Below, piece by piece: positions 24,633 through 33,975 of a stretch of DNA of 52,185 nucleotides. Source of the stretch: Thermoanaerobaculia bacterium (GTDB taxonomy: Bacteria; Acidobacteriota; Thermoanaerobaculia; UBA5066); NCBI GenBank assembly GCA_049581965.1, contig JBAUSZ010000048.1:1-52185 (forward strand). The letters run 5' to 3'. The notes under the pieces are model-generated. The model was given only the letters and a program-made list of their open reading frames with translations. It was not told the origin of the DNA and did no database searches. The stretch's first letter is position 1. Each line of letters begins with the position of its first letter. Both the position numbers and the translations under genes were made by a program.

Positions 24633-25367
24633 ATGAAAATGAAAGCGCTGCTCGTGGGATACGGGAAGATGGGAAAGGCGGTCGAGGTCGTGCTGCTCCA
24701 GCGCGGCCACAGGGTTGTCGAGAAACGCAGAGGAAGAGAAGAGGGAGGCTTCCCAGGAGGGAACAGGGCAGGGGGCGACGACGCGGCGGTGTGCGATCTC
24801 GCATTCGAATTCACGGCCCCGGACGCCGCACGGCATCTCGTCCCCTTCCTCCTTTCGAAGAGAATCCCCGTTCTTTCCGGAACCACGGGCTGGGACACGA
24901 CCGAGGCGGTGCGGCTCGCGACGGAGCACTCGGTCCCGTTCCTCCACTCCCCGAACTTCTCCCTCGGCGTCGCCGCGATGCGGCGCGCGGCCGCGGCGCT
25001 CTCCACGGCCCTCGCCCCGTTTCGCGGTTTCCAGCCCGGGATCGTCGAGCGGCATCACGCGGCCAAGAAGGATGCCCCGTCGGGCACGGCGAGGGCGCTC
25101 GCATCCGACGTCGCGCGGGTGTCCGGGCGGCAGGAGATCCCGATCGTGTCATTGCGCCAGGGCGGGACGCCCGGGGAGCACGCGCTCTTCTTCGAGGGAG
25201 AGGACGAGACCCTCGAGCTCGTCCACCGCGCTCGCTCCCGCGCGATCTTCGCGCAGGGAGCCGTGAGCGCCGGAGAGTGGATGGTGGCCACGGAGCGCGG
25301 GGGACCCCTGACGTTCGAGGAATTCTTCGCGGCGATGAGCGAGGCCGGCGTGGGGCACGGCCCGTGA
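24633..25367 (+). CDS. dapB: 4-hydroxy-tetrahydrodipicolinate reductase (short form)
   Basis: GYGKMGK dinucleotide motif, GTTGW, and ERHHAAKKDAPSGTA signature. Confidence 0.9.
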   Translation: MKMKALLVGYGKMGKAVEVVLLQRGHRVVEKRRGREEGGFPGGNRAGGDDAAVCDLAFEFTAPDAARHLVPFLLSKRIPVLSGTTGWDTTEAVRLATEHSVPFLHSPNFSLGVAAMRRAAAALSTALAPFRGFQPGIVERHHAAKKDAPSGTARALASDVARVSGRQEIPIVSLRQGGTPGEHALFFEGEDETLELVHRARSRAIFAQGAVSAGEWMVATERGGPLTFEEFFAAMSEAGVGHGP

Positions 25368-25377
25368 GGCGGGAACC

Positions 25378-26325
25378 ATGATCTCTTCACCTTCGAGGAA
25401 TTCTCCGTTCTCCGGCGTCTTTACGGCACTCGTGACGCCGTTTCGCGAAGACGGCCGTCTCGACGAGCCCGGGCTGCGGCGCCTCGTGCGCCGCCAGATC
25501 GCGGGCGGAGTCGATGGGCTCGTCCCGTGCGGGACGACGGGGGAGGCCGTCACGCTCGATCCGGACGAGCACGAGCGCGTCGTCGCGATCACGGTCGAGG
25601 TGGCGCACGCCGCGGACCGGCGCGTCAAGGTCATCGCGGGCTGCGGCTCGAACGACACCAGGAAATCGCAGCGCCTTGCGGCCCGCTGCCGGGCAGTGGG
25701 AGCGGACGCCCTCCTCGTCGTGACGCCCTACTACAACAAGCCGACACCACGGGGTCTCGCCGAGCACTTCTCGGCCGTCGCGGACGCGGGCCAGATCCCG
25801 CTCGTCGTCTACAACGTGCCGGGCCGGACGGGCCTCAACATGCTGCCCGAGACGGTGCTCGAGCTTGCGACGGACCCGCGTATCGCGGGCGTCAAGGAGG
25901 CCTCCGGAAGCCTCGACCAGGCCTGCGAGATCCTGCGCTCACGTCCCGCGGGCTTCGCGGTCCTCTCCGGGGAGGACTCGCTCGCGCTGCCGATCGTCGC
26001 CTGCGGGGGAGACGGGGTCATCGCCGTCGTCTCGAACGAGGCGCCGGCGCTCACCGTCCAGCTGGTCGCGGCGGCTCTCGCGGGCGACCGCGCGCGGGCC
26101 GCGGAGCTCCAGGCGCGGCTCTTCCCGCTCATGAAGGCGAATTTCCGCGAGTCGAACCCGATCCCCGTGAAGTGGGCGCTCGAACGGCTGGGCCTCATCG
26201 GCGGCACCCTGCGCCTTCCGCTCGTGCCGCTCTCGCCCGCGCAGCACAGGGCGGTCGAGGACGCGCTCGCGGGCGCCGGACTTCTCGACGCGGCTGGCCG
26301 ACCCGTCGAGGCGGTGACGGCGTGA
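25378..26325 (+). CDS. dapA: 4-hydroxy-tetrahydrodipicolinate synthase
   Basis: ALVTPF, GTTGEAVTL, YYNKPT, YNVPGRTG and GVKEASG (Schiff-base Lys) motifs. Confidence 0.95.
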   Translation: MISSPSRNSPFSGVFTALVTPFREDGRLDEPGLRRLVRRQIAGGVDGLVPCGTTGEAVTLDPDEHERVVAITVEVAHAADRRVKVIAGCGSNDTRKSQRLAARCRAVGADALLVVTPYYNKPTPRGLAEHFSAVADAGQIPLVVYNVPGRTGLNMLPETVLELATDPRIAGVKEASGSLDQACEILRSRPAGFAVLSGEDSLALPIVACGGDGVIAVVSNEAPALTVQLVAAALAGDRARAAELQARLFPLMKANFRESNPIPVKWALERLGLIGGTLRLPLVPLSPAQHRAVEDALAGAGLLDAAGRPVEAVTA

Positions 26326-27089
26326 CGCGCGAGGACGTCTTTCGCCTTCTCGAGGCCCTGGAGGCGGGGGAGGTCCGCGCCGCCTCGCCGGGCGCGGACG
26401 GTTTCTGGGTGGCGCACGCGCCCGTGAAGGAAGGAATCCTCGCCGCGTTCCGGCACGGACTCGAGGAGTCGTCCGAGGCCGGGCCCTTCCTCTTCCGCGA
26501 CCGGGACACGCTGCCCCCGCGTCGCCCGCTGCCCGACGGTGTCCGCGTCGTACCGGGTGGAACGGCGCTGAGGCGCGGGTCCTACCTCGCGAAGGGCGTC
26601 GTCGTGATGCCGCCCGCGTACGTCAACGTGGGCGCGTACGTGGACGAGGGTTCCATGATCGACAGCCATGCCCTCGTCGGCTCTTGCGCGCAGGTGGGAA
26701 AGCGCGTGCACCTCTCGGCGGCCGCGCAGGTGGGCGGCGTCCTCGAGCCGGCCGGGGCGGTTCCCGTGGTCCTGGAGGACGAGGTCTTCGTGGGCGGCGG
26801 GGCGGGCGTCTACGAAGGCGTCTGCGTCAAGAGGCGGGCCGTGCTCGCGGCGGGCGTGATTCTCACGGCGTCCAGCGTCCTCTTCGACCTCGTGCGCGAG
26901 AAGGAGTACCGCTCGACGGCCGAGCGGCCGCTCGTCGTGCCGGACGGCGCGGTCGTCGTCATGGGCGCACGCCCGGCGCCGGGCTCGTGGGGCAGACATC
27001 ACGGCCTGTCGCTCGCGACGCCGGTCATCGTGAAGTACCGCGACGCGAAGACGGACGCAAGAACGGTGCTCGAGAGCGCGCTGCGTTGA
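26322..27089 (+). CDS. dapD: 2,3,4,5-tetrahydropyridine-2,6-dicarboxylate N-succinyltransferase
   Basis: GTG start overlaps the dapA TGA (GTGA). YVNVGAYVDEGSMIDSHALVGSCAQVGKRVHLSAAAQVGGVLEP is near-identical in pattern to E. coli DapD. The upstream part of track ORF 25527..27089 overlaps dapA and is discarded. Confidence 0.9.
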   Translation: MTREDVFRLLEALEAGEVRAASPGADGFWVAHAPVKEGILAAFRHGLEESSEAGPFLFRDRDTLPPRRPLPDGVRVVPGGTALRRGSYLAKGVVVMPPAYVNVGAYVDEGSMIDSHALVGSCAQVGKRVHLSAAAQVGGVLEPAGAVPVVLEDEVFVGGGAGVYEGVCVKRRAVLAAGVILTASSVLFDLVREKEYRSTAERPLVVPDGAVVVMGARPAPGSWGRHHGLSLATPVIVKYRDAKTDARTVLESALR

Positions 27090-27163
27090 GAACAGAAGAA
27101 CGAGAGATCTGCACGCAGCCTTCGGCCACGTGGAAGAGAAGAATTCTAAGAAGGGAATAGGGC

Positions 27164-28438
27164 TTGGCGGATTCCGTTCTGCGGTTGGCTGCGGCTCGGT
27201 ACGGCACGCCGCTGTATCTCTATGACTTCGACGTCGTCGAGCGTCAGGTGCTGTGCCTCCGACGCGCCCTCGGCCCTCGCTTCACACTCGCCTACGCGGT
27301 AAAGGCCAACCCGTCGCTCGGGGTTCTTCACTTCCTGAGCAGATTCGGTCTCTCCTCGGACGTGGCGTCCCGGGGCGAGCTCGCGGCCGCGCGACGTGCG
27401 GGATTTCATCCTTCGAAGATCCTCTCGACCGGCCCCGCGAAGTCCGACGAGGAGCTCGAAGCGCTCGTGCGCGCGCGCGTGTCGATCATCCATGCGGAAG
27501 GCGAGTGGGAGCTGAGGCGGCTGGAGGAGATCGCGCGGCGCCTGCGGCGGACGGTGCGGGTCGGCCTCCGTCTGAATCCGCCGTGGGGCATCGCCGAAAA
27601 GCGCGTCATCATCGGCGGATCCGGCGCGAAGAAGTTTGGCTTCGACTTGAGAAGCGCCGGAAAGATTCTTCGAATGAGAAAGAGCGGCGGCAGCCTCTTC
27701 TCCCATCTCGACATCTGCGGCTTCCAGGTGTTCAACGCGTCGAACGTCCTCGACGCGGCGCTTCTCCTCGACAACACGCGCCGCGTCCTGGACCTGGCTC
27801 TCTCACTTTCAAGGAAATACTCGGTCCCTCTTCGCTCCGTCGACTTCGGAGGCGGCTTCGGGGTGCCTTATGCCGGCTCCGAAGAGCTCCTGGATCTCGG
27901 AGTTCTTCGAAAGGGCCTGCAGGCAGTGGCGCGCGAGGCCCGCGCGAGCGGCCTTCCCGAGTCCGTGCGGCTTGTGTTCGAGCCGGGCCGCTTTCTCGTC
28001 GCGGAGGCCGGGACGTACGTGACCCGCGTTCTCGGCACGAAGAGGAACCGCGGCGCCGACGTCGTCCTCGTGGACGGAGGCGTCCACCACTTCCTGAGGC
28101 CGGTTCTCCTCGAGACCTCTCACGGTGTGCGGCTCGTCCGGAAGGGGACGATTGGCCGCCCTGTGCCCTCTTTACCTTCCGAAAAATCCCTGGTCATTTC
28201 CGGTCCCCTCTGTACGTCCCTCGACATCCTGCACCCGGCCGCGCAGATGCCGCTGCCCGCGCGCGGCGACCTGCTCGCGTTCGAGAACGCCGGCGCATAC
28301 GGCTACACGGAGTCGATGCCGCTGTTCCTCTCGCACGAGTGGCCCGCGGAGGTCGGAGTCCGCGGGGGCCGCCTCGCTCTCCTGAACCGCCCGCCGCGCG
28401 TCGCCGAGCTGCGGGCGCGCCAGAAGACGCCGTTCTGA
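27164..28438 (+). CDS. lysA: Diaminopimelate decarboxylase (Orn/DAP/Arg decarboxylase family 2)
   Basis: TTG start. YGTPLYLYDF, AYAVKANPS (PLP-Lys), DFGGGFGVPY, and EPGRFLVAEAG. Follows asd-dapBAD. Substrate assignment rests on gene context. Confidence 0.8.
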   Translation: MADSVLRLAAARYGTPLYLYDFDVVERQVLCLRRALGPRFTLAYAVKANPSLGVLHFLSRFGLSSDVASRGELAAARRAGFHPSKILSTGPAKSDEELEALVRARVSIIHAEGEWELRRLEEIARRLRRTVRVGLRLNPPWGIAEKRVIIGGSGAKKFGFDLRSAGKILRMRKSGGSLFSHLDICGFQVFNASNVLDAALLLDNTRRVLDLALSLSRKYSVPLRSVDFGGGFGVPYAGSEELLDLGVLRKGLQAVAREARASGLPESVRLVFEPGRFLVAEAGTYVTRVLGTKRNRGADVVLVDGGVHHFLRPVLLETSHGVRLVRKGTIGRPVPSLPSEKSLVISGPLCTSLDILHPAAQMPLPARGDLLAFENAGAYGYTESMPLFLSHEWPAEVGVRGGRLALLNRPPRVAELRARQKTPF

Positions 28439-28483
28439 CGGCGGCTGCGCCGGGTGGATAATGGCCGGCCGCAGGGAGGCCGT

Positions 28484-29473
28484 ATGGACGTTCGTTCGCT
28501 CGGCACCCACGGCCCCGTCGTCTCGGAGCTCGGGCTCGGCTGCATGGGAATGTCCGAGTTTTACGGGACGCGCGACGACGAGGAGTCGATCCTCACGATC
28601 CACGCGGCCCTCGACGCCGGCATGGACCTCCTCGACACTGCCGACGTGTACGGCCCATACACGAACGAGGAGCTCGTCGGAAGAGCGATTGCGGATCGGC
28701 GCGACAGGGTCGTCCTCGCGACGAAGTTCGGCATCGTGCGCGATCCGGCAGACCCCGCGAAGCGCGGCGTCTGCGGGCGCCCCGACTACGTGAGGTCCTC
28801 GTGCGAGGGCAGCCTCAAGCGTCTCGGCGTCGAGACCATCGATCTCTACTACCTCCATCGCGTAGACCCGGCGACGCCTGTCGAGGACACGGTCGGAGCG
28901 ATGGCGGGCCTCGTGAGGGAAGGGAAGGTCCGCTGGATCGGACTGTCGGAGGTCTCGCCGGAGACGCTGCGGCGCGCGAGCCGCGTCCACCCGATCGCCG
29001 CGCTCCAGAGCGAGTACTCGCTCTTCTCGCGGGACGTCGAGGCGGCCGTCCTGCCCGCGTGCCGCGAGCTCGGGGTCGGGTTCGTGGCCTACAGCCCTCT
29101 CGGGCGTGGCCTGCTCTCGGGCCGGTACCGGAGTCTCGCGGACTTTCCGGAAGGCGACTACCGCCGCTCGGCGCCGCGCTTCCAGGGCGCGAACCTCGCG
29201 ACGAATCTCGGGCTCATCGCGAGGGTGGAGGAGATCGCGCGGCGCCGCCGCGCGACCCCGGCGCAGGTCGCCCTCGCGTGGGTCCTGTCGCGGGGGAAGG
29301 ACGTCGTCCCGATCTTCGGGACGAAGAACAGGGACCGCCTTCAGGAGAACCTCGACGCGACGGACCTCGCCCTCACGAAGGTCGATCTCGCCGAACTCGA
29401 CGCGGCCTTTCCTCCCGGCGCGCCCGCGGGGGAGCGCTACCCGGCGGCCGCGATGGCGACGGTCGGCCGCTGA
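28484..29473 (+). CDS. Aldo/keto reductase
   Basis: AGGGAGG upstream of the ATG at 28484. [40 protein letters not shown]. Confidence 0.9.
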   Translation: MDVRSLGTHGPVVSELGLGCMGMSEFYGTRDDEESILTIHAALDAGMDLLDTADVYGPYTNEELVGRAIADRRDRVVLATKFGIVRDPADPAKRGVCGRPDYVRSSCEGSLKRLGVETIDLYYLHRVDPATPVEDTVGAMAGLVREGKVRWIGLSEVSPETLRRASRVHPIAALQSEYSLFSRDVEAAVLPACRELGVGFVAYSPLGRGLLSGRYRSLADFPEGDYRRSAPRFQGANLATNLGLIARVEEIARRRRATPAQVALAWVLSRGKDVVPIFGTKNRDRLQENLDATDLALTKVDLAELDAAFPPGAPAGERYPAAAMATVGR

Positions 29474-29510
29474 GTCTCCTTCTCGCGCCCGGCCCGTTAG
29501 AATCATCGGC

Positions 29511-31220
29511 ATGAGCGTCAAGGTTCCGGAGGCCGTCGCCCCTCCCCTGAGCCCCGGGCAGGCGCGCATCCGTGCCGCGAAGGAGGAATGGCGGAAGAAG
29601 GCCGCCGCCGCCTTCGCGAAGACGCCCGCGTGGCGGAAGGACTTCACGACGGTCTCCTCGGCCGAGGTGAACCCCCTCGCGACGCCCGACGACCTCGGCG
29701 GCTTCGACTACGCGCGCGACCTCGGCTGGCCCGGCGAGTTCCCATACACGCGCGGCGTGCAGCCGACGATGTACCGCGGCAAGCCGTGGACGATCCGGCA
29801 GTTCGCGGGATTCGGGACGGCCCGCCAGACGAACGAGCGCTTCAAGCAGCTCCTGGCGCACGGGCAGACGGGCCTCTCGACGGCCTTTCACCTCCCGACG
29901 CTCTACGGCTACGACTCGGACCACCCGATGTCGGCCGGCGAGGTGGGGAAGTGCGGCGTCGCCGTGGACACGCTGCGCGACTTCGAGGTCCTTTTCGACG
30001 GGATCGACCTCGGCGCGGTCACGACGTCGATGACGATCAACTCGACCGCTCCGATCGCCCTCGCGATGTACCTCGCGGTCGCCGAGAGGCACGGGACCCC
30101 GTGGTCGAAGGTCGGCGGGACGCTCCAGAACGACATCCTCAAGGAATACATCGCCCAGAAGGAATACATCTTCCCGCCGCGTCCCTCGATGCGGCTCGTG
30201 ACGGACCAGTTCGCGTTCTGTGCGCAGCACGTTCCGAGGTGGAACACCGTCTCGATCTCGGGGTACCACATCCGGGAAGCCGGCGCGACGGCGCTCCAGG
30301 AGCTCGCCTTCACGCTGCGCGACGGGATGGAGTACGTCAAGTACGGGGTCGGCGCGGGCCTTAACGTCGACGACTTCGCGCCCCGCCTGTCCTTCTTCTT
30401 CAACGCGCACAACGACTTCTTCGAGGAGATCGCGAAGTACCGCGCGGCCCGCCGGATCTGGGCGCAGGTCATGCGCGACCGCTACGGCGCGAAGAGGCCG
30501 GAGAGCTGGAAGATGCGCTTCCACGCGCAGACCGCGGGCGTCACGCTCACGGCGCAGCAGCCGTACAACAACGTGGCGCGCGTCGCGATCCAGTCCCTCG
30601 CGGCCGTCCTCGGGGGAACGAACTCCCTCCACGCGAACGCCCTCGACGAGACGCTCGCTCTTCCGACGGAGTTCGCCGCGAAGATCGCCGTGCGCACCCA
30701 ACAGGTCATCCTCCACGAGACGGGCGTCGTCAACTCGATCGATCCCCTCGGCGGCTCGTACCTCGTCGAGGAGCTCACGAACCGGATGGAGGCTGGCGCC
30801 TTCGACTACTTCCGGCGCATCGACGCCTTCGGCGGGATGGTCGAGGCCATCGAGGCGGGCTTCCCGCAGAGGGAAATCATGGACGCCGCCTACCGGTTCC
30901 AGCGGGCGTTCGACGCGAAGGAGAAGGTGATGGTCGGCGCCAACGCCTTCACCGAGTCCGTTCCCGAGGACGAGGTGCCGACTCTCGTGATCTCCGAGGA
31001 GACCGCCGCCGAGCAGGTGAAGGTCCTGAGCGAGGTCCGTCGCACGCGCGACTCCCGGAAGGCGATGCAGACGCTGGCCGACCTGAAGGCGGCCTGCGCC
31101 GGCGGAGCGAACGTCATGCCACCGCTCGTCGAGGCCGTGAAGGCGTACGCGACGGTCGGGGAAATCTCGGACGTCATGCGCGAGGTTTTCGCGACGTACG
31201 AGGAGCCGGCGGTCTTCTGA
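29511..31220 (+). CDS. Methylmalonyl-CoA mutase-family large (catalytic TIM-barrel) subunit, no B12-binding domain
   Basis: [54 protein letters not shown]. 569 aa, ending before where the cobalamin-binding domain would sit. Confidence 0.9.
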   Translation: MSVKVPEAVAPPLSPGQARIRAAKEEWRKKAAAAFAKTPAWRKDFTTVSSAEVNPLATPDDLGGFDYARDLGWPGEFPYTRGVQPTMYRGKPWTIRQFAGFGTARQTNERFKQLLAHGQTGLSTAFHLPTLYGYDSDHPMSAGEVGKCGVAVDTLRDFEVLFDGIDLGAVTTSMTINSTAPIALAMYLAVAERHGTPWSKVGGTLQNDILKEYIAQKEYIFPPRPSMRLVTDQFAFCAQHVPRWNTVSISGYHIREAGATALQELAFTLRDGMEYVKYGVGAGLNVDDFAPRLSFFFNAHNDFFEEIAKYRAARRIWAQVMRDRYGAKRPESWKMRFHAQTAGVTLTAQQPYNNVARVAIQSLAAVLGGTNSLHANALDETLALPTEFAAKIAVRTQQVILHETGVVNSIDPLGGSYLVEELTNRMEAGAFDYFRRIDAFGGMVEAIEAGFPQREIMDAAYRFQRAFDAKEKVMVGANAFTESVPEDEVPTLVISEETAAEQVKVLSEVRRTRDSRKAMQTLADLKAACAGGANVMPPLVEAVKAYATVGEISDVMREVFATYEEPAVF

Positions 31221-31261
31221 GGGCGCTGCGGCCCGAATCTTGCGGGGTACACTCCTCGGTG

Positions 31262-33220
31262 ATGCCTGTTCGACACGTTTTCGCGGTCGCGGCCCTCCTC
31301 CTGACCACTGCGGCCCTCCCGGCGCGTTCCCAGTCGCCGTCGTCCGGGCCCTCGCTCACGCCCGTAGAGGCGAAGCGCAAGGAGGCCGTCGAGCACTACC
31401 TGAGGGCGCGCCTTTTCGCGCAGGACTCCGAGTTCGAGGAGGCCGTCAAGGAGTTTCGCAAGGCGATCGACCTCGATCCGGCCGACGGCGCGCTCCGCCG
31501 CGAGTACGGAGAGCTCCTGCGCGACATTCCGATCTACCCCGAGGCCGAGCGCGAGGCGCGCAAGGCCGTCGAGCTGATGCCCTCGAGCGCGGGGGCGCAC
31601 CGCCTGCTCGGACAGGTCCTGCTCGCGACCGCGAAGGACAAGGCGCGTGCCGAGGAGGCCGCCTCCGAGCTGAAGAAATCCGCCGAGCTCGGGCCGCCCG
31701 ACCCGCAGGGCGCCGTCGCTCTCGCCCAGGCGTACCTGAGGCTCGAGAAGGCGAAGGAGGCCGTCGCCGCGCTCGAATCGGTCGTGGACCGTGCCCACGG
31801 CGCCCCCTATCTGCTTCTCTTCGGCGAGGCGCTGGAGCGCGACGGACAGACGGCCAGGGCCGAGGAAATCTACAAGTCGCTCCTGAAACAGGATCCCGAG
31901 AACCGCGCGGCGTCGGTGGGGCTCCTGCGCGTTTACGAGCGCTCGCGTCAGTTCGACAAGGAGGCATCGCTCCTCGAGACGCTCGTGAAGGGCCAGCCCG
32001 GCAATCTCGCCGCCCGCACCCAGTACGCGACCGTCCTCCTCCGTGCGCGGCGTTTTCCCGAATCGCGAAAGGTCTTCGAGCAGGTCCTCGCCGCCGATCC
32101 CGGGAACCGCGAGGCCCTCCGAATGTACGCGGCGCTCCTGTCGGAGACGCGCGAGACGGACAAGGCCGACGAGATTCTCCGCAAGCTCGAGGCGCTCGAG
32201 CCGGACGAGCCGGACATCGCCTACCGCCGTGCGATGAACTTTCTCGAGGCGCGGCGCCTGACGGAGGCCGAGCGCGCGCTCGGCGACCTCAAGAAGAGTC
32301 TCCCCGCCAAGAAGGCGGAGGGCCCCGAAGGCGGGCAGATCGACGGACAGCTCGCGTACGTCGCATACCTGAGAAAGGACTACGCCCGCGCGACGTCGCT
32401 CCTGACACCGCGCCTCTGGGACGGCGACGGCCTCAACCCGCAGGCGTTCAACCTGCTCGCGCAGATCGCGCGCGACCGGGAGGACTGGGCGGGCGGCCAG
32501 CGTCTCGCGCGCGAGGCCTACGAGAAGGACGGCAGGAAGTCGCCGAACGTCCGCGCGACGTTCGCGGAGTTTCTCCTGCGATCGGGCGGCGCCTCCGACA
32601 GGGCCGAGGGCGAGAAGATCCTCGCCGCGCTCGCGGCCGAAGACAAGGCCGGCATCCTGGCCGCGGCCGACGCCTGGCAGCGCCTCGACCAGTACGCCCG
32701 CGCGGCCGACGTCGCCCGCCAGGGCCTCGAGCGCGATCCCGAAGAACCGGATCTTCTCTTCCGGCTGGCGGCGTCGCTCGAGCGCGACAAGAAGCTCGGG
32801 GAGTCCGAGGCGGCGTTCGAGCGGCTCCTCAAGGTGCGCGCCGACCATGCGCCGGGGATGAACTACCTGGGCTACATGTGGGCGGACCGGGGCGAGAACC
32901 TTCCGCGCGCGCTCGAGCTCATCCGCAAGGCCGTGGACCTCGAGCCGTCCAACGGCGCGTATCTCGATTCGCTCGGGTGGGTCTACTTCCGGATCGGCAG
33001 GCTCGACAAGGCCGAGGAAAACCTCGTCGCCGCCTCGACGCTGAACCCGGACGACGCCACCGTCGAGGAGCACCTGGGCGACCTCTGGGAGAAGAAAGGC
33101 GACCTCGCCAGGGCACGGGAAAGCTGGAAGCGTGCGCTGACGCTCAAGCCCGAGACCGAGAACAAGAGCCGCCTCGAGGACAAGCTCCGGAAGACCGATC
33201 ACCTCGAATCGAAGAAGTGA
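31262..33220 (+). CDS. Secreted TPR-repeat protein
   Basis: Signal peptide (VFAVAALLLTTAALPARSQS) followed by many 34-aa TPR-like units (AxxxYxxAL..DP.N). The start could be GTG 31259 or ATG 31262. Confidence 0.8.
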   Translation: MPVRHVFAVAALLLTTAALPARSQSPSSGPSLTPVEAKRKEAVEHYLRARLFAQDSEFEEAVKEFRKAIDLDPADGALRREYGELLRDIPIYPEAEREARKAVELMPSSAGAHRLLGQVLLATAKDKARAEEAASELKKSAELGPPDPQGAVALAQAYLRLEKAKEAVAALESVVDRAHGAPYLLLFGEALERDGQTARAEEIYKSLLKQDPENRAASVGLLRVYERSRQFDKEASLLETLVKGQPGNLAARTQYATVLLRARRFPESRKVFEQVLAADPGNREALRMYAALLSETRETDKADEILRKLEALEPDEPDIAYRRAMNFLEARRLTEAERALGDLKKSLPAKKAEGPEGGQIDGQLAYVAYLRKDYARATSLLTPRLWDGDGLNPQAFNLLAQIARDREDWAGGQRLAREAYEKDGRKSPNVRATFAEFLLRSGGASDRAEGEKILAALAAEDKAGILAAADAWQRLDQYARAADVARQGLERDPEEPDLLFRLAASLERDKKLGESEAAFERLLKVRADHAPGMNYLGYMWADRGENLPRALELIRKAVDLEPSNGAYLDSLGWVYFRIGRLDKAEENLVAASTLNPDDATVEEHLGDLWEKKGDLARARESWKRALTLKPETENKSRLEDKLRKTDHLESKK

Positions 33221-33975
33221 GAGAGAGCGGCGCGGGCCGCCCACGCGCGCTGCGGGTGACCGGTGTGTTGGCGGTTGCGGTGGTTTTTTTCTCGGAATGC
33301 GCATGCAGCAGCGGGCTGCCGACGGGCGCGCCGGACAGCGCCGCGCCGTCGGGATCTGCCGCGGCGCCGCCCTCTTCTCCCCTCAAAGAAATCTCCTCTT
33401 CGGTCCTGTCGGCCTACGACGCTGCGCGCGTCCGGGCGTGGGATCCCACCCGCCGCTTCAAGGCGCTCTTCAGGGCGGAGGCCTCGCCGAAGGTTGGCGC
33501 GATCGGCCGCGGGTATCTTTCCGTGTGGTGGGACGGGGCGAGCGGAGGCCTCGAATGGCGACTCTCGGCGCCCATTGCCGGAAGCGGAAGAGGGGGAATT
33601 CTTCGAACGGAAAGAAGGAAGGAAGATGCCGCGGTCGGCGACGCCGAGGCGCTGCCGCTTCCGGGGAAGCTCGCCGCCGCCGACCTCATCGCCTGCATCC
33701 TGGGCACGCCGGCTGCCCCGGCTCCTCCCTCGTCACCCTTCGAAGAAACGCCGAGGGGCTGGAGTTTGCGCATCGAAGGCACGAAGCGCACCGCGCTCCT
33801 GGATCGTGACGGGCATGTGATCGAGATGCACTTCCCGAACGGCGAGGTCGTTTCGTTCCAGCCGGGCGAAGGCGTGCCCCGGCGCGTCGAGGCGAAGGGG
33901 CCCGACGGCCGCGCCGTCCTCGTGCTCGAAAGCTATGGCCCGTGGTCCGTGGGCGAAGAGGTCCCGCCCCTGTGA
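33217..33975 (+). CDS. Lipoprotein, LolB-like/DUF4292-like (tentative)
   Basis: In-frame GTG at 33217 overlaps the TPR gene stop (GTGA). Hydrophobic N-terminus with Cys (VLAVAVVFFSECACSS). Its position immediately upstream of ispE-prs mirrors E. coli lolB-ispE-prs. Similarity to LolB is judged by eye only. Confidence 0.5.
   Translation: MRESGAGRPRALRVTGVLAVAVVFFSECACSSGLPTGAPDSAAPSGSAAAPPSSPLKEISSSVLSAYDAARVRAWDPTRRFKALFRAEASPKVGAIGRGYLSVWWDGASGGLEWRLSAPIAGSGRGGILRTERRKEDAAVGDAEALPLPGKLAAADLIACILGTPAAPAPPSSPFEETPRGWSLRIEGTKRTALLDRDGHVIEMHFPNGEVVSFQPGEGVPRRVEAKGPDGRAVLVLESYGPWSVGEEVPPL

Noticed and set aside
25527-26321. Long 520-aa ORF in the dapD frame extending back across dapA.
   Set aside because: The upstream 265 aa overlap dapA in another frame and have shadow composition. 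DapD homology begins at the GTG at 26322, which overlaps the dapA stop.
29497-29502. TAGAAT hexamer 8 nt upstream of the mutase ATG as a -10 element for a leaderless transcript.
   Set aside because: There is no acceptable -35 or TGn extension, and the gene could be co-transcribed with the upstream aldo/keto reductase (37-nt gap). Pattern match only.
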